DNA of 64,000 nt from Octopus vulgaris (taxonomy: Eukaryota), in NCBI GenBank assembly GCA_951406725.2, contig OX597814.1, positions 12,462,001 through 12,526,000 on the forward strand. Direction: 5' to 3'. The position numbers and the translations under genes are program-made. The notes beneath the pieces were generated by a model. That model worked only from the letters and a program-made list of their open reading frames with translations. It did not search any database and was not told the DNA's origin. Shown piece by piece: positions 39,241-53,106 of this stretch (position 1 is the stretch's first letter; every line of letters begins with the position of its first letter).

Positions 39241-40192
39241 TGTCAAACCTTCGTTTGTGAAGTTTCATGGGGAATAATCATTGACGATTTTTCCTTTTAC
39301 AACTGTTTCATAAACTCTTATGCTGTCTCACACAGTTTGATTTTGATATTTCGCAAGAAAAATTTCGTTGAGGATTTTTTCGGTTTCAATTGATTACATT
39401 TCTGTTCGACTGTTTCACATGACTTCATTCGTTAAAAGTTATTAAAACATGTCAGAACTTTCGTAATGTTCTGCTTTAATTTTGTTGATGCTATCATTTC
39501 GTGACAGACAGTCTATCATTTCGTGATTCCTTTTTCCTGATTGGCTAAAAATGAAGCGTTGAACCTCTTTAACATTCTTCTAATCTTTTTTTCTCTCTTT
39601 TGATTTTGGTGAATGAATGAATCCCAAATTCGGATCCTGCGTGAAAAATTACATCAGTATATAAAATTTGAAAGTTTTCACTTAATTTTTAAATTTCCAG
39701 ATTTTTCACAATACCTTTAACTTGACTTGTCAAATCTATAATATAATAAAATACGTTCCAATGGTTACCATTGATATACTACGTATCAAGGAACGACTAC
39801 AAAAACCTATCTCGTTCGCTTGTTACCAATCATTGATGTCGCCGGATTTAAAACCGTTGTTGGATTTACTGGTTGCTCTTCTGATGTGTATAGCTTTCTT
39901 TATTTTAATCTTATCATACAATGGTTATTATTAGCCTTTCTTGATGTTCAAGTTGTTGATGTTGTTATTGCTGTTGATCTATTTGCAAAGACGTCTCAAC
40001 TAAGACTCTACCCGTTAGTCAGATATTTGTGTATTTAAGACTATATTATTCAAAGTGTCGTCCTTTCAGAGAAATTATATAGGATGATTTGAGGATAATT
40101 TGGCTACTAGTTGTAGCAAACAGTGATGGCATGGAGGTTGAATCATTGACTCCCTTTATTGTATTATCATTATTATTATTATTATTATTGTT

Positions 40193-40410
40193 AAGGCGGC
40201 GAGCTGGCAGAATCGTTAGCACGCCTAGCAAAATGCTTAGCTGCCTTTCGTCCGTCTTCACGTTTTGTGTTCAAATTCTGCCAAGGTCGACATTGCTTTT
40301 CATCCTTTCAGAATCGATAAAATTAGTACCAGTTGAACACTGAGGTCGAAGTAATCGACTCTTCCCCCCTCACTAAATGCTGCCCTTGTGGAAAAAACTT
40401 GAAACCGTTA
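40193..40410 (+). mobile_element. SINE family C
   Basis: AAGGCGGCGAGCTGGCAGAATCGTTAGC head and shared central domain. Confidence 0.88.
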
Positions 40411-41076
40411 TTATTGCTTTTTTAAACCCAACACTTTTCTGTATTAGCAGGACTAAGATGAAAAGTATTCCATCAAAAGTTAGTTGACCGCGAGTAGCCA
40501 TAGAAACCGTCTCCACTCACCCACCTTTTCACACGGCGGATCATACAGAATGCTGGAGGAAGAGAAAACTGCATCATCATTCAGGTGGTACACATTTCCA
40601 GTTGAATAGACTTGTCTCTTATAGCCGCAGTCAACAATATATGTGAAGTTCGCCTCCAGTCAATTGATACCAAATATGTTTTAGCGAAACATAGATACAA
40701 ACTGGAATTCACAGATTAACACGTTTAACCGTAATGTGACACTTCAAAACATCTACTAATCTGGCTGGCGGACAAGAATTACACGATATATGTAGTTCTC
40801 TGTCTAAATTTTAAAATCATTGATAAAATCAGTTAATACGTTTGTCCAGTTGTCCAGTATGTCCTAACATTGATCAGGAATGTACACATATCAAGGAGGA
40901 ATAAACAGTGTGACACGGAGATTAGATCAGCCGAACATCCAAAGGCGGTAACTGGACTCCGCCTACTAGAAAGAAAAAGGGTTCATACAGCAATGTCGCA
41001 AATAATTTTAATTGGAAATAAGTGATTCGGTAAGAGAAGGAAATCTTAATTTGGTAGAGTACTGTATACAATAATT

Positions 41077-41112
<36 letters not shown>

Positions 41113-41113
<1 letters not shown>

Positions 41114-41651
41114 TTTTTTTCTTCTTTCAAATTTGCTTCCATTTCTTGCCGAGTGTCTTCCCGACTCCTAGGGCAAAGAAACTCATAGTATACATTGGTA
41201 GGCCATTAAACTAAACTCATTTAAAAAAAAAAAAAAATTTTTTTTTAAAGTTAAATTAAAATACATGGGTAGTAATAATTTTCACATCGACAATGCTCTT
41301 CTCAATACGTGTGATGTACCAGTTAAGACAATCTTTTGCACTTCTTGCAGGTATGGTAAGCCAGGGATCATTCTCATATAATTTTCGGTTCCCTTCTTGA
41401 TCATTCCTAGTGCTCCTACGATCACTGGTATTGTAACCGCCTTGAGATGCCACATTTTCTCAATTTCAATGAGTAGGTCTTTATATTTTCTGAGCTTGTC
41501 AAACTATTTCGCTGAGATATTATGATCACAGGGGATGCTCATGTCGATCAATAAGCAAACTTTATTGTTTTGGTCTTTCACAACAATATCTGGTTTATTG
41601 GCCTTGATGGTTCGGTCTGTATGTATTGGAAAGTCCCACAGAATGGTTACA

Positions 41652-41654
<3 letters not shown>
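41113..41654 (-). mobile_element. 3' fragment of R4/Dong RLE retrotransposon in (TAA)n
   Basis: Near-identical to 11287-11835; truncated at NVTILWD; (TAT)n at 41079-41112 and 41655-41871. Confidence 0.93.
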
Positions 41655-41739
<85 letters not shown>

Positions 41740-41740
41740 G

Positions 41741-41795
<55 letters not shown>

Positions 41796-41809
41796 CATCA
41801 TCATCATCA

Positions 41810-41871
<62 letters not shown>

Positions 41872-42290
41872 ACTCCAGATATGTTTTGGTCTCAATGGAC
41901 TACTTCCTTGAAGTTTATCATTATATGTGCCTATCAGGTATACACAAAGAATGGAATTAATGAATTTATAGGAAATAATCAGTAATCGTTTGTTTTTATT
42001 TTGTTTCTTTTATTCAGACATAGTATGCAGGTACGTAGATATGAGTGAATAGAAATATTGTAAACAATCGAAACGTGTTTACAATGAATCGATCACAAGG
42101 GACTTAACTAGTGATGAGATCGATAGTTTGTAAGTTTGTAACCCGCTTTCTAGAAATGCTTTATGTAGTTAATTAAGTATTTAACATGTGAAAATGCAGC
42201 TCATCATGGTAAACAGGAAGTGTATTTATAGCAGATGAAAAATTTTTTATCGATCTTTATTTACAAGTCAACTCTGATGAAATAGTCTAT

Positions 42291-42698
42291 AGGTGCAGGA
42301 GTGGCTGTGTGGTAAGTAGCTTGTTCACCAACCACATGGTTTCGGGTTCAGTCCCACTGCGTGGCACCTTGGGCAAGTGTCTTCTACTATAGTCTCGGGC
42401 CGACCAAAGCTTTGTGAGTGGATTTGGTAGACGGAAACTGAAAGAAGCCCGTCGTATATATGTATATATATATGCGTGTGTGTGTTTGTGCGTCTGTGTT
42501 TGTCCCCCTAGCATTGCTTGACAACCGATGCTGGTGTGTTTATGTCCCCGTTACTTAGCGGTTCGGCAAAAGAGACCGATAGAATAAGTACTCGGCTTAC
42601 AAAAGAATAAGTCCCTGGTCGAGTTGCTCGATTAAAGGCGGTGCTCCAGCATGGCCGCAGTCAAATGACTGAAACAAGTAAAAGAGTAAAAGAGAGTA
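42291..42698 (+). mobile_element. SINE family A
   Basis: Near-identical to other copies. Confidence 0.92.
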
Positions 42699-44826
42699 AG
42701 TGAAAAACGTATTCTGCCAGTAACCAATTCATCGTTTAATAATATACAGAACCACAGTATTTAATGCGACTTGTCCTTATTTTAGACGATAGATTGGAGT
42801 TTGAAGGAGAGTTGACACGCATTTCTGGCAGGTCAAACGATCACGTAAAAGATATCTTCCATTGTGAGCTGAAGGTTTACAGAAATCACCATGCCATTTA
42901 TGATTTTGATATTGCTCAAGCGAGCCCTGCCAGAGATGAATCCTTTATCTTATATGGGCTGTGTGTTTAGCTGCCTCTTACTCTGATACAAGCTCATCGT
43001 CATCCTATAATATCTTACTCAATTACAAGAAATGTGGCTGTGAACCAATGCTATTCTTTATTCTATTTCAATTCTTATTTAATTTCCGTCTGTCAAGGAT
43101 TTTGTCTAAAAGTATTGAAACACCTTCTCCCTAAAAAATAATAAAAAATACATTATTTTCCTCACGATGAATGTGACTGATAATGTAAGAGAAATAAATG
43201 TTTCCAACGAAACCTTCATAAACTTTAACTATTCGGATTTTGAACTTACAACTTGTGAGTTAGCCGTTGTGTACCACATCCAATAGCCTCCATCTTAGTT
43301 GTGAATAATATAGCATATTCTTTGTTTCTGAGGTATACATTTGCATCTTAATGTGGATGCGGTGATAATACTTTTTCTAAATGTTCTTCTTCTCTAATAC
43401 TTTGCACCTGATAAAGAAGTTATTTTCATTATTTCATAAAAGCATTATTGTTAATTTATTCCAATAGATCTTCACAGTCTACGGAGTAAGTCTTTATCTC
43501 TGGTTTCTGAAAGAGTAAGCAAAAGAACGATAAATAATATCGCTTTGGTAAGGAAATCTGTTTATAGCAGACATGTTTCTGCGTTGGTGTCAATGTTAAC
43601 AGGAATAAATGAACAACACTTTGTAAACTACTTGAAGATATACGAATATTCGTTCGTTGACCGTTTGAATCTTGGCTATGACACATCAACAATGGTTACT
43701 GGATATGGATACGCAGATTGTAGCTGGCTGTCGGCTATTAGTTCTCTAATTGGATACGGTACTAAACTGCATATTGGAGCGGATTACATATGTTGTTGAA
43801 AGTAAGATAATGTATTTATTTTTAACTATTTAAACTAAATGCTTTACTATAACTATATTTCTGAGTTGATAGCGTATCGTCTTAAACGCTAATATTGAAA
43901 TAAGTTTCCATCCTATTACTAGAACAGCACAATGACCTTAGCAAAGAATAGGAAACATAATTGGTGCAAATAAACTCGCTACAGATTGGCACCATGGGGG
44001 ATTATGTTCTACTTAGATTTAAGTTAACGGATTCAGAAGACGCCAGTATATTTAATCAGAATTTGAGAGATTCTTTCTTTGAGTAGTTACAATATCTGCA
44101 AGGCAATATTCATGTAAATACTTTTGAATGATGTGAACCCTGTATTTTGTCATGAGACACCTTTCGCATTTTTAATCACGAAATCCTGAACTGAAGTGTG
44201 CTTAATGTAAAAGAGAAGATGAAGCAAGCAAATATTTTTTAGCACATGAAGTGTCTAGAAAGGCATTTATTTTTAATAGTTCGATAGGATAAATTTATTG
44301 CCACAATGCCTATATTTTTTCCAGGAATTTTTTCCGTCTTCGTAGATATATAAAACTTTCTATCCTCGATCTGCTCATAGACATCGACTTAAGGAAGTAC
44401 AAACTGAGTATCACTCACCACATGGGTACAGTAATGCGGGTTGGCCCATGAAGGCATTAATTTTTTTTATTTCTCATGCTTCACCAAATTATTATCAAGA
44501 AGAACATAATGTTTTCAACGCCAGTACGAACCAGTATTATTCCTGCATTCCAAACTATTATTTTCAACAAAAATTTTTGTTAGTTAGCTTGTTTGTTTTT
44601 TTATTTTCTTCTCAGAATATTTATTACTCGAATGATATGCCATATTAATCAAAATTCTTCTATCGTCGTCATTATTCTTAATAATAACAATATTTGGTTG
44701 GTCGGTTCTTCATTTCTTTTGATCATATTATAGTGTGAAGTCCGATAAGAAAAGTAACGTAATCATTATACATCAAACAACAGCTTCCTATTTCTACTCT
44801 ACGTCTGAGGCCATTAATTTGTCACA

Positions 44827-44969
<143 letters not shown>

Positions 44970-44992
44970 ACCTTTTTTCCATAGAACATTAT

Positions 44993-45370
44993 CGCAATGG
45001 CCCAGTGGTTAGGGCAGCGGACTCGTGGTCATAGGATCGCGGTTTCGGTTCCCAGACCGGGCATTGTGAGTGTTTATTGAGCAAAAACACCTAAAGCTCC
45101 ACGAGTCTCCGGCAGGGGATGGTGGTGATCCCTGTTGTACTCTTTCACCACAACTTTCTCTCACTCTTACTTCCTGTTTCTGTTGTACCTGTATTTCAAA
45201 GGGCCGGCCTTACCACTCTCTGTGTCACGCTGAATATCCTCGAGAACTACGTTAAGGGTACACGTGTCTGTGGAGTGCTCAGCCACTTACACGTTAATTT
45301 CACGAGCAGGCTGTTCCGTTGATTCGGATCAACCGGAACCCTCGTCGTCGTAACCGACGGAGTGCTTCCA
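44993..45370 (+). mobile_element. SINE family B nested in a (TATC)n-associated hammerhead element
   Basis: Near-identical to 12512-12898; flanks rejoin to match 34988-35170. Confidence 0.92.
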
Positions 45371-45439
45371 TCGTCTCTCTGTCTCAAATCGTATACCTCC
45401 CCAGCTTCTCTTAACTTCATTGCGCCCGCTATTTCTCTT

Positions 45440-45475
45440 TCTTCTGACGAAAGACTTCCTCCTGAAACGTTAGGA
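45440..45475 (+). ncRNA. Minimal hammerhead ribozyme (homolog of 35071-35106)
   Basis: tctt-CTGACGA-aaga cttcc tcct-GAAA-cg-TT-agga. Confidence 0.62.
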
Positions 45476-45560
45476 CTTTGTCCTTCTTCTCCTGGAGCAT
45501 TAAACACCATATCTATCAAACTTTGTTCTTCCTGTACAACATTATTTGTACAGATAGGTA

Positions 45561-45690
45561 GATCTATCTACCTACCTATCTACCTACTTACCTACTTACC
45601 TACCTACCTACCTACCTACCTACCTACCTACCTACCTACCTACCTATCTATTTATCTATATATTTATCTATCTATGTATCTATCTATCTC

Positions 45691-45773
<83 letters not shown>

Positions 45774-45957
45774 GTCTATCTATCTATCTTTCTATCTATC
45801 TATCTATCCTTTTACGATCCATTTTGATCGAAAACCTACGCCACCTTTTTTTTGTTTCTTTTGTTTTTTGTTTTTTGTTTTTTCTTCACCCAACAGAAAA
45901 GCTCTACCTTGTAACTTGTCCCATCTGTGTGCAGCTCTGTGTGGCCAATAAAGAAAC

Positions 45958-46048
<91 letters not shown>

Positions 46049-46070
46049 CCTACCTACCTACCTACCTACA

Positions 46071-46128
<58 letters not shown>

Positions 46129-46145
46129 CCTACCTACCTACATAT

Positions 46146-46193
<48 letters not shown>

Positions 46194-46212
46194 CTGTCTG
46201 TCTGTCTGTCTT

Positions 46213-46281
<69 letters not shown>

Positions 46282-46298
46282 ATATATATATATATATA
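45561..46298. repeat. Compound (TATC)n/(TACC)n/(TGTC)n/(TC)n/(TA)n microsatellite with ~150-bp insert (45808-45958)
   Basis: Direct read. Confidence 0.95.
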
Positions 46299-46299
46299 T

Positions 46300-46504
46300 T
46301 CTTTTCTTTCTTTTCTTCTTTTACTTGTTTCAGTCATTTGACTGCGGCCATGCTGGAGCACCGCCTTTAATCGAGCAACTCGACCCCGGGACTTATTCTA
46401 TCGGTCTCTTTTGCCGAACCGCTAAGTAACGGGGACATAAACACACCAGCATCGGTTGTCAAGCAATGCTAGGAGGACAAACACAGACACAAACACACAC
46501 ACGC

Positions 46505-46535
<31 letters not shown>

Positions 46536-46701
46536 TACGACGAGCTTCTTTTAGTTTCCGTCTACCAAATCCACTCACAAAGCTTTGGTCGGCCCGAGGC
46601 TATAGTAGAAGACATTTGCCCAAGGTGCCACGCAGTGGGACTGAACCCGGAACCATGTGGTTGGTAAACAAGCTACCTACCACACAGCCACTCCTGCGCC
46701 T
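46300..46701 (-). mobile_element. SINE family A (small internal deletion)
   Basis: Reverse complement of 42291-42698. Confidence 0.92.
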
Positions 46702-47188
46702 ATGATGATGATGATCATATATATAAATATAAAGGCCAATCAATGCATATATCTGTTTCATTATGTATCGCAATACAGCCTGATATTATCAACCATCATT
46801 AAATTCTAAGTAATTATCAAGAATCATCATTACTAATTCAGACATCATTTTATCATGGATGCTTTCAATCCCATTAGGCCTCACTCCACAGAGCTTTTTA
46901 TAGAATTTGATTAATTGGTTTGATAATCGTTGCAGCACGGTTTTTTACATTAACATAATACTTAGATGTCAGTATTACGAAATAAGGGCACCTTAAATGG
47001 CTTTTGTTCGTGTCAAACTCCGTATCTGTGTTGCCATTTAAGGCTTTCCAAATATATCCTTTGCTCTTATTTAAGTGACCTGTGGGAGCATTGGGTGGTA
47101 ATTCTGAACTGATTGCTATCACTGACACCGATATCCTTTGATTCCTTTTGCTCTTTAGCTGGGTTATATTTGTTGTTGTTGTAGCTGT

Positions 47189-47255
47189 TATCATCATCAT
47201 CATCATCATCATCATCGTCGTCGTCGTCGTCGTCATCATCATCATCATCATCATC

Positions 47256-47300
<45 letters not shown>

Positions 47301-47402
47301 TTCTTCTTCTTCTTCTTCTTCTTCTTCTTCTCCTTCTTCTTCTTCTTCTTCTTCTTCTTCTTCTTCTTCTTCTTCTTTCCCCTTCTTCTTCTTCTTCTTC
47401 TT
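47189..47402. repeat. Compound (ATC)n/(GTC)n/(TTC)n microsatellite
   Basis: Direct read. Confidence 0.97.
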
Positions 47403-47911
47403 GCCTAGTTTTCTAACTTCTATTCCTACAAAAAGTCGTGAAAAGGAGTGACAGGGTTAGAATTACGAGAAATCCTTTAGCGTTATATTGAAAGAGGTAT
47501 TTTCAGCCACACGAAATCGACATTATGGGACCAAATTAAAGAGTTCAATCCAGCCCCAAGACGCGATATTCTCTTGGAATGCAAGAACGTCACGGTTGGT
47601 CGAATTAATATTCGGGCTCTGGATGAATTATAAAAAAAAAAACAGCTACGGATTACCCCCCACCGAAAAACAAACAAAAACAAGCAAAACAAAAAAAAAA
47701 AAGAAAAGGAAAAGTGTACTGGTTGACTGAAAGCCAGAGGATGAGTAGATTAAATTCTAAAAGAATAAAGGAAATATAAATTTTACATTAACACTTTGTC
47801 TCCATTCCTAGTTAGTAAAAGACTATATTGAGAAAAGCAGAAACATCTTGGTTCGATACAACTACAGATGCCCACGAACAAATTTGGAAGAAAGGATGCT
47901 GATGTTCTTAA

Positions 47912-48075
47912 AGGCGTAGGCGTGGCTGTTTTGTAAGAATCTTGCTTCACAACCACATAGTTCCGGGTTCAGCCCTGCTTGCATGACATCTTGGGCAAGT
48001 GTCTTCTACACTAGCCTCGGGCAGACCAAAACCTTGTGAGTAGATTTGGTAGACGGAAACTGAAAGAAGCCCGTC

Positions 48076-48077
<2 letters not shown>
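47912..48077 (+). mobile_element. 5' half of SINE family A
   Basis: Head and CTTGGGCAAGTGTCTTC region, ending at the internal (TA)n. Confidence 0.85.
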
Positions 48078-48119
<42 letters not shown>

Positions 48120-48240
48120 GTGTAGAAATTTTTAGTACAACGTTAATAATAATATATTTAAATTTATATAATATCTTTCAGTATTAATTGAATTACCTTA
48201 TGGAGGTTCTATCTCTTAATTCTATATATATATGTATAGA

Positions 48241-49605
48241 ATTTCAGCTCAAAGATGTGGCCATGCTGAGGCACCGCCGTTTTGCAACACTGCTATTATT
48301 AAGAGCCTCCTCTAATACGTGGTATTTGGTGAACAAGGGAGTTTGATGTCGCTTCCCTCATTTCACCTCTTCACCTCTTGCCGCTAGGTAGGTTCATCTG
48401 GGTCTCTTGACAGGAAGGAGTTCAGTTTTGATTTGAAAACACCTACATCCACTTTGTGTAGGTCCCTCAGGCTATTTGGGGGAATATTAAAAAGCTGTGG
48501 ACCCCTGAAACCAAGGCTACGGCAGTAGGTGGTTCTGAAACGCGATGGTACCCTGGGGATCTTTGGCACTGTGCTGTGTCGACCCGTTCTGGCATTTGTG
48601 TAACTTTCAATGTCATAATTTGGCACAATCCGTCGCTCCAGGAGTAGAGTCTTAACTGTTTCAGCATTTCCCAGTAGCTGAGATGTTGCAACGAGACGAT
48701 TTTCTTTGTGAAGCTTCACTGGATTGCTTCAAGGTCCGCTGCTAACTTTGCCCTGTTGGGTGACTATAGCTGGGAGCAGTAATCCAGGCGACTAAGGATG
48801 AATGTCCTCCAGAAGACCATCATAAATTCCTTCTCTCTGGTCCTGAACATTCTCAGGATCCATCCAGCCAGTCGTCTGCACATTTGTCGCCATCCTGGTA
48901 ATGTTCACTTGGAAAGAGGTATCATCACTCATGTCGATACCCAGGTCCCTCACTGATTTAGGCTCTGGGATTGTAATCCCCCGTGGACCACTGTACTCTA
49001 TAAGTTTTATATTCAGTTTTGGACGCTGGTATCGCAGGTCTTGGAATTTTTCAGCATTAAACTGCACATTATTGTCCTCAGTCCATCTATAAATTGAGTT
49101 CAACCCCTGCAGCAGGTGTGCAACATCGCTGTATTTTCTGCGAAACTTCCGTATCGTCTGTGTAGCTAGCAAAGCTGGCTATCCGGGTAGCTGAGGGCAT
49201 ATCTGAGAGAGCCACTATGAAAACCAGTGGTCTCAAGATAGTGCCCTGTGGAGCACCGCTCACTATTTGTGTTTTCATTGAGGTGGCTCCATTAGCCACT
49301 GCTGCCTAACTTCTATCTTTCAGAAAGTCATGTAACTACTCTCCAAGTTTTCCAGCTATGCCGAGACCACGCAGTTTGTGGCATATCATATCATGATCCA
49401 CTTTATCTAAAGCTTTTGCAAAGTCAAGGTATATTACGTCCACATTTGAGTTGTTGAGTAACTGCCTCAACACACAGTCATAGTGCTGTAAGGGCTGGGT
49501 CAGGCAGCTCCTACCTGGTCAAAAGCTATGCTGAGTATCACTCAGCAAGGTATTTTCTTCAAGGAATGTGATTAGTTCCCCTCTGTCTAACCGTTCCATG
49601 ACTTA
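48241..49605 (-). mobile_element. 5'-truncated, degenerate CR1-like LINE (RT and 3' end)
   Basis: DFAKALDKVDH, SGAPQGTILRPL, YTDD, RDLGI, LDYCSQL, GPQLFN; frameshifts; 3' tail similar to SINE A tail. Confidence 0.88.
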
Positions 49606-49974
49606 TTCTATACATACATAAAACGGTGTAATTTCAACCTATTTTTCACATCATGTTGTTTACGATCTTGCTACCATGCGTGTATATATTTATGTAAATT
49701 GATAATGGCAGAAACTTGGATCAAGCAAATGAGGGCATACCAAATCTATTCGAGATTTTCCTAGCTCGGTATTGTGGAGCACATCTCCTTTACGGCTGTT
49801 TAAGTTAGATGCAGAAGAAAGATTGAACATTTTCTCCCGGTTGAGAATTGTCCACTTTGCACTGTGAAAACATCCAGTTTCCAAAAACACAATCGTGTCC
49901 CGGAATTATATACATTTATTTCATTATTTACGAATGTTAATATACGTTACTACTAATGTTGACAGAATTGTCAC

Positions 49975-50140
49975 CGCGCCGAAACAAATGCTTAGCGGCC
50001 CATTCTTCCGAATTCACGCTCTGAGTTCTAACGCCGCTGGAATCGACTTTGCCTTTCGTTCTTAAGGGGTCGGAAAAAGAAAAGAGTACCAGCTGATCAC
50101 TGAAGTCGATGTAATTGACTCTCTTCCACCGCCAAATTTT
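49975..50140 (+). mobile_element. Degenerate SINE family C
   Basis: AAATGCTTAGCGG..CTGAGTTC..TCGACTTTGCCTTTC..GTACCAG..GTCGATGTAAT. Confidence 0.7.
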
Positions 50141-50150
50141 AACAGCAATA

Positions 50151-50151
<1 letters not shown>

Positions 50152-50222
<71 letters not shown>

Positions 50223-50327
50223 AACACCCTCTCACCACCACCACCACCACCACCACCACTACCACCATCACTACCACCACCACCACCACCACCACCACCA
50301 CCACCACCACCACCACCACCACCACCA
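50152..50327. repeat. (CTA)n/(CCA)n microsatellite
   Basis: Direct read. Confidence 0.97.
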
Positions 50328-50737
50328 TTACTGCTACTGCTGGTTCTTCCCCTGTCGTTAAACTGAATTCCTTGTCTCCGATGTGATGTATATAACTTGT
50401 TTATATGTTCTGTATAACTCCTAAAAGATCATTTTAACTTTTGAGCGTTAAAAAGGCGTCAAAGAATTTGAGAGCCATTATTCTTACATTTTAAGCCTGG
50501 AAACCTATCAGTGAAAATAATCAATTATAATATCAACACTCTTAGCTACCCACAACATCTTCACCAACAATCACCACCTTATTCTTGGTAATCATTTTGT
50601 AAATTAGGTTCTAGCTCTTCTTCTCTCTTGTATTTTCTTCTTCATGCTGTTCTTGTCCTTGTTTTCAGTATTTCACATTTTACTTTTATTAACTCTCTCT
50701 ATCTCTCTTTCTGACTTTCTGTCTATCTCTCTCTCTC

Positions 50738-51439
50738 TCTACAACATATGAGGGAAATTCTGTCTGTGGGTGTGTTTGTGGAGTTGTTAGCTAACTCCTC
50801 CTACGTAGTTTTAACGAGCTTGATAAAACTTGATACGTGAATAGAGCTCATGTCTGAAAACCTAATGACATACACAGATTGTTGAAAAAAGAATCGATAA
50901 TAGGGCCCCTGGAAGGGATCCTTATGTATAGCCAAGGGAAACAATCCATTAAATTTCCTAAATTATTTCGTAAAAATGAAATTGAGTATGCTTATTTCTT
51001 GGTATTTGAACTGTTAGACTTAGTTTCGCAATTTTTACAGTACAACCCTTAAACAAGTAAATAGTATTTTCCTAAACAATAGATCCACTTATCTCGGTTA
51101 GTGATTCACGAATATACCAACACAAGTGCCCCTGAGGGTAATATTCTCTGGGAACGCACAGAAGCCCTTTTCAGAGCTATTTACTTTGAATTGTTATTAT
51201 CTCATATCTGTTTAGCCTGTTATTACATAACTGAATTCACAATTTGGGTATTCATACCGTAATGGGAATTCCTAAAAACAATATCCTGTGTAAGACAGGT
51301 CGGTATTCTCTGTAAATGCACAAAAACCGTCTTAAGGGCTACATAGTGTGTATTGTGGTTATTGAATTAGTGAAATATTTATGAGAATGGAACCAAGGGA
51401 TAAACTCAGCTCCCGGCAATTACTGGGTACGTTAGCTAG
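50738..51439 (+). mobile_element. Non-autonomous Helitron-like element
   Basis: 5' TC(TACAACATAT..CTGTCTGT); 3' hairpin CCCGG-CAATTA-CTGGG about 9 nt before terminal CTAG, followed by T; no TIR or TSD. Confidence 0.65.
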
Positions 51440-51460
51440 TATACACACACACACGCACAC

Positions 51461-51500
<40 letters not shown>

Positions 51501-51554
51501 GTATTATGATATATGGAGGCATACTGAAATATACGTATATGAATATATACATAC

Positions 51555-51610
<56 letters not shown>

Positions 51611-51614
<4 letters not shown>

Positions 51615-52315
51615 TATATATAGAGGGCATTATACATACATGTCCCTCTTAGCGTTTGGCATGTATATATAATGCCTTCTGGCATGTATGTATAATGCCC
51701 TCTATATATAAATTAATATGTTCAATAAGAAATAATTATTTTCGAAATTTTTTCTCTTATGAGGTTTTTACGCTATCTACCTGACAATTTCTTGTTAAGT
51801 TTTCCTTATTAAGTAGTTGTCCTTAATTGCTAAATTTTTATTCCGAAAAAACTTTTCCTCTCCCGAAATGCAATTCGTAAAAGTTCGCCATTTGACCGGA
51901 TGTAATATATGTAAACTCACCCATGTGCTTCGTTTGATGTTGAACAGTTAGCTGATCGACTTAAGCGGGGCAGGGTCGTTGTTTATTTATAATGCATTCA
52001 GGCCTGCTGATGAGTACGTAAGTATGAAATCACTGTGATACAGGTCTATATTTTTTTAAATGTCTTACTTTGAAAAATTGCATTCGGTAGGATTAGTAAT
52101 ATTTTTGGTAGAAATGACTAATTGTCCCTCTTAGCGTTTGGCATGTATATATAATGCCTTCTGGCATGTATGTATAATGCCCTCTATATATAAATTAATA
52201 TGTTCAATAAGAAATAATTATTTTCGAAATTTTTTCTCTTATGAGGTTTTTACGCTATCTACCTGACAATTTCTTGTTAAGTTTTCCTTATTAAGTAGTT
52301 GTCCTTAATTGCTAA

Positions 52316-52319
<4 letters not shown>
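51611..52319 (+). mobile_element. ORF-less hammerhead mini-element in (TA)n: 482-bp period, 197-bp direct repeats, short inverted 5' segment
   Basis: 51641-51837 = 52123-52319; 51612-51642 is the reverse complement of ~51683-51714; hammerhead at 52000-52047. Confidence 0.85.
52000..52047 (+). ncRNA. Type-I hammerhead ribozyme
   Basis: aggcctg-CTGATGA-gtac gtaa gtat-GAAA-tcac t gtga-TA-caggtct: 7-bp stem I, 4-bp stem II with GNRA loop, palindromic stem III, intact core. Confidence 0.88.
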
Positions 52320-52381
<62 letters not shown>

Positions 52382-52594
52382 ATAAGATCGTTAATTTAAA
52401 TTAAATAACGATCTTATCAAGTGGCCAGGATGGAAATAAAAACCTTCAAAGGCAATAATTATTATGAAAATTAAAATTATAATTAAGGGTATCTACGAGA
52501 TACCACCATGCTGATATAATGTATGTATGTATATATTTATATATGTATATATGTATATATATGTATATGTATATGTATATGTATATATATATAT

Positions 52595-52626
<32 letters not shown>

Positions 52627-52697
52627 GCATGTATATATACATACATATATGTGTATGTATGTATATATATATATATATACATACGTATATATATATG

Positions 52698-52735
<38 letters not shown>

Positions 52736-52782
52736 CACATACATATATATGCATGTATATATACATACATATATATGTATGC

Positions 52783-52871
<89 letters not shown>

Positions 52872-53053
52872 AGGGCTTAGTAAAATAAATTACTTTGCCG
52901 CATACTGAACTCATTAGAAATAGCAGCTAAAAAAAACTTCTTTAAAAACTATCTCCAATACTTAAAGAAAACCTCTCTCATATAGTGTTTGCTCAACTCA
53001 ACTCACGGAAGTATGGGGGTAGAGACATTAAAAAATCAAATGCAAAGGTTATT

Positions 53054-53106
53054 TGAGAACGTACGTTTCAAGATTAGTCAAAATCGACACTTCTATCATC
53101 AGCTCA
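53054..53106 (-). ncRNA. Type-I hammerhead ribozyme (inverted copy)
   Basis: Reverse complement of 53657-53709. Confidence 0.72.

Noticed and set aside
40515-40660. Minus-strand open frame ending at a GTGAGT donor-like site
   Set aside because: No polypyrimidine acceptor, upstream stop, no recognisable protein
42274-42715. CTGATGA and GAAA split by a SINE insertion
   Set aside because: Rejoined sequence forms no stem I or II
42764-43806. Short non-repetitive ORFs with splice-like signals (acceptor near 42785, donor near 43802)
   Set aside because: No consistent exon chain or recognisable homology; needs RNA-seq
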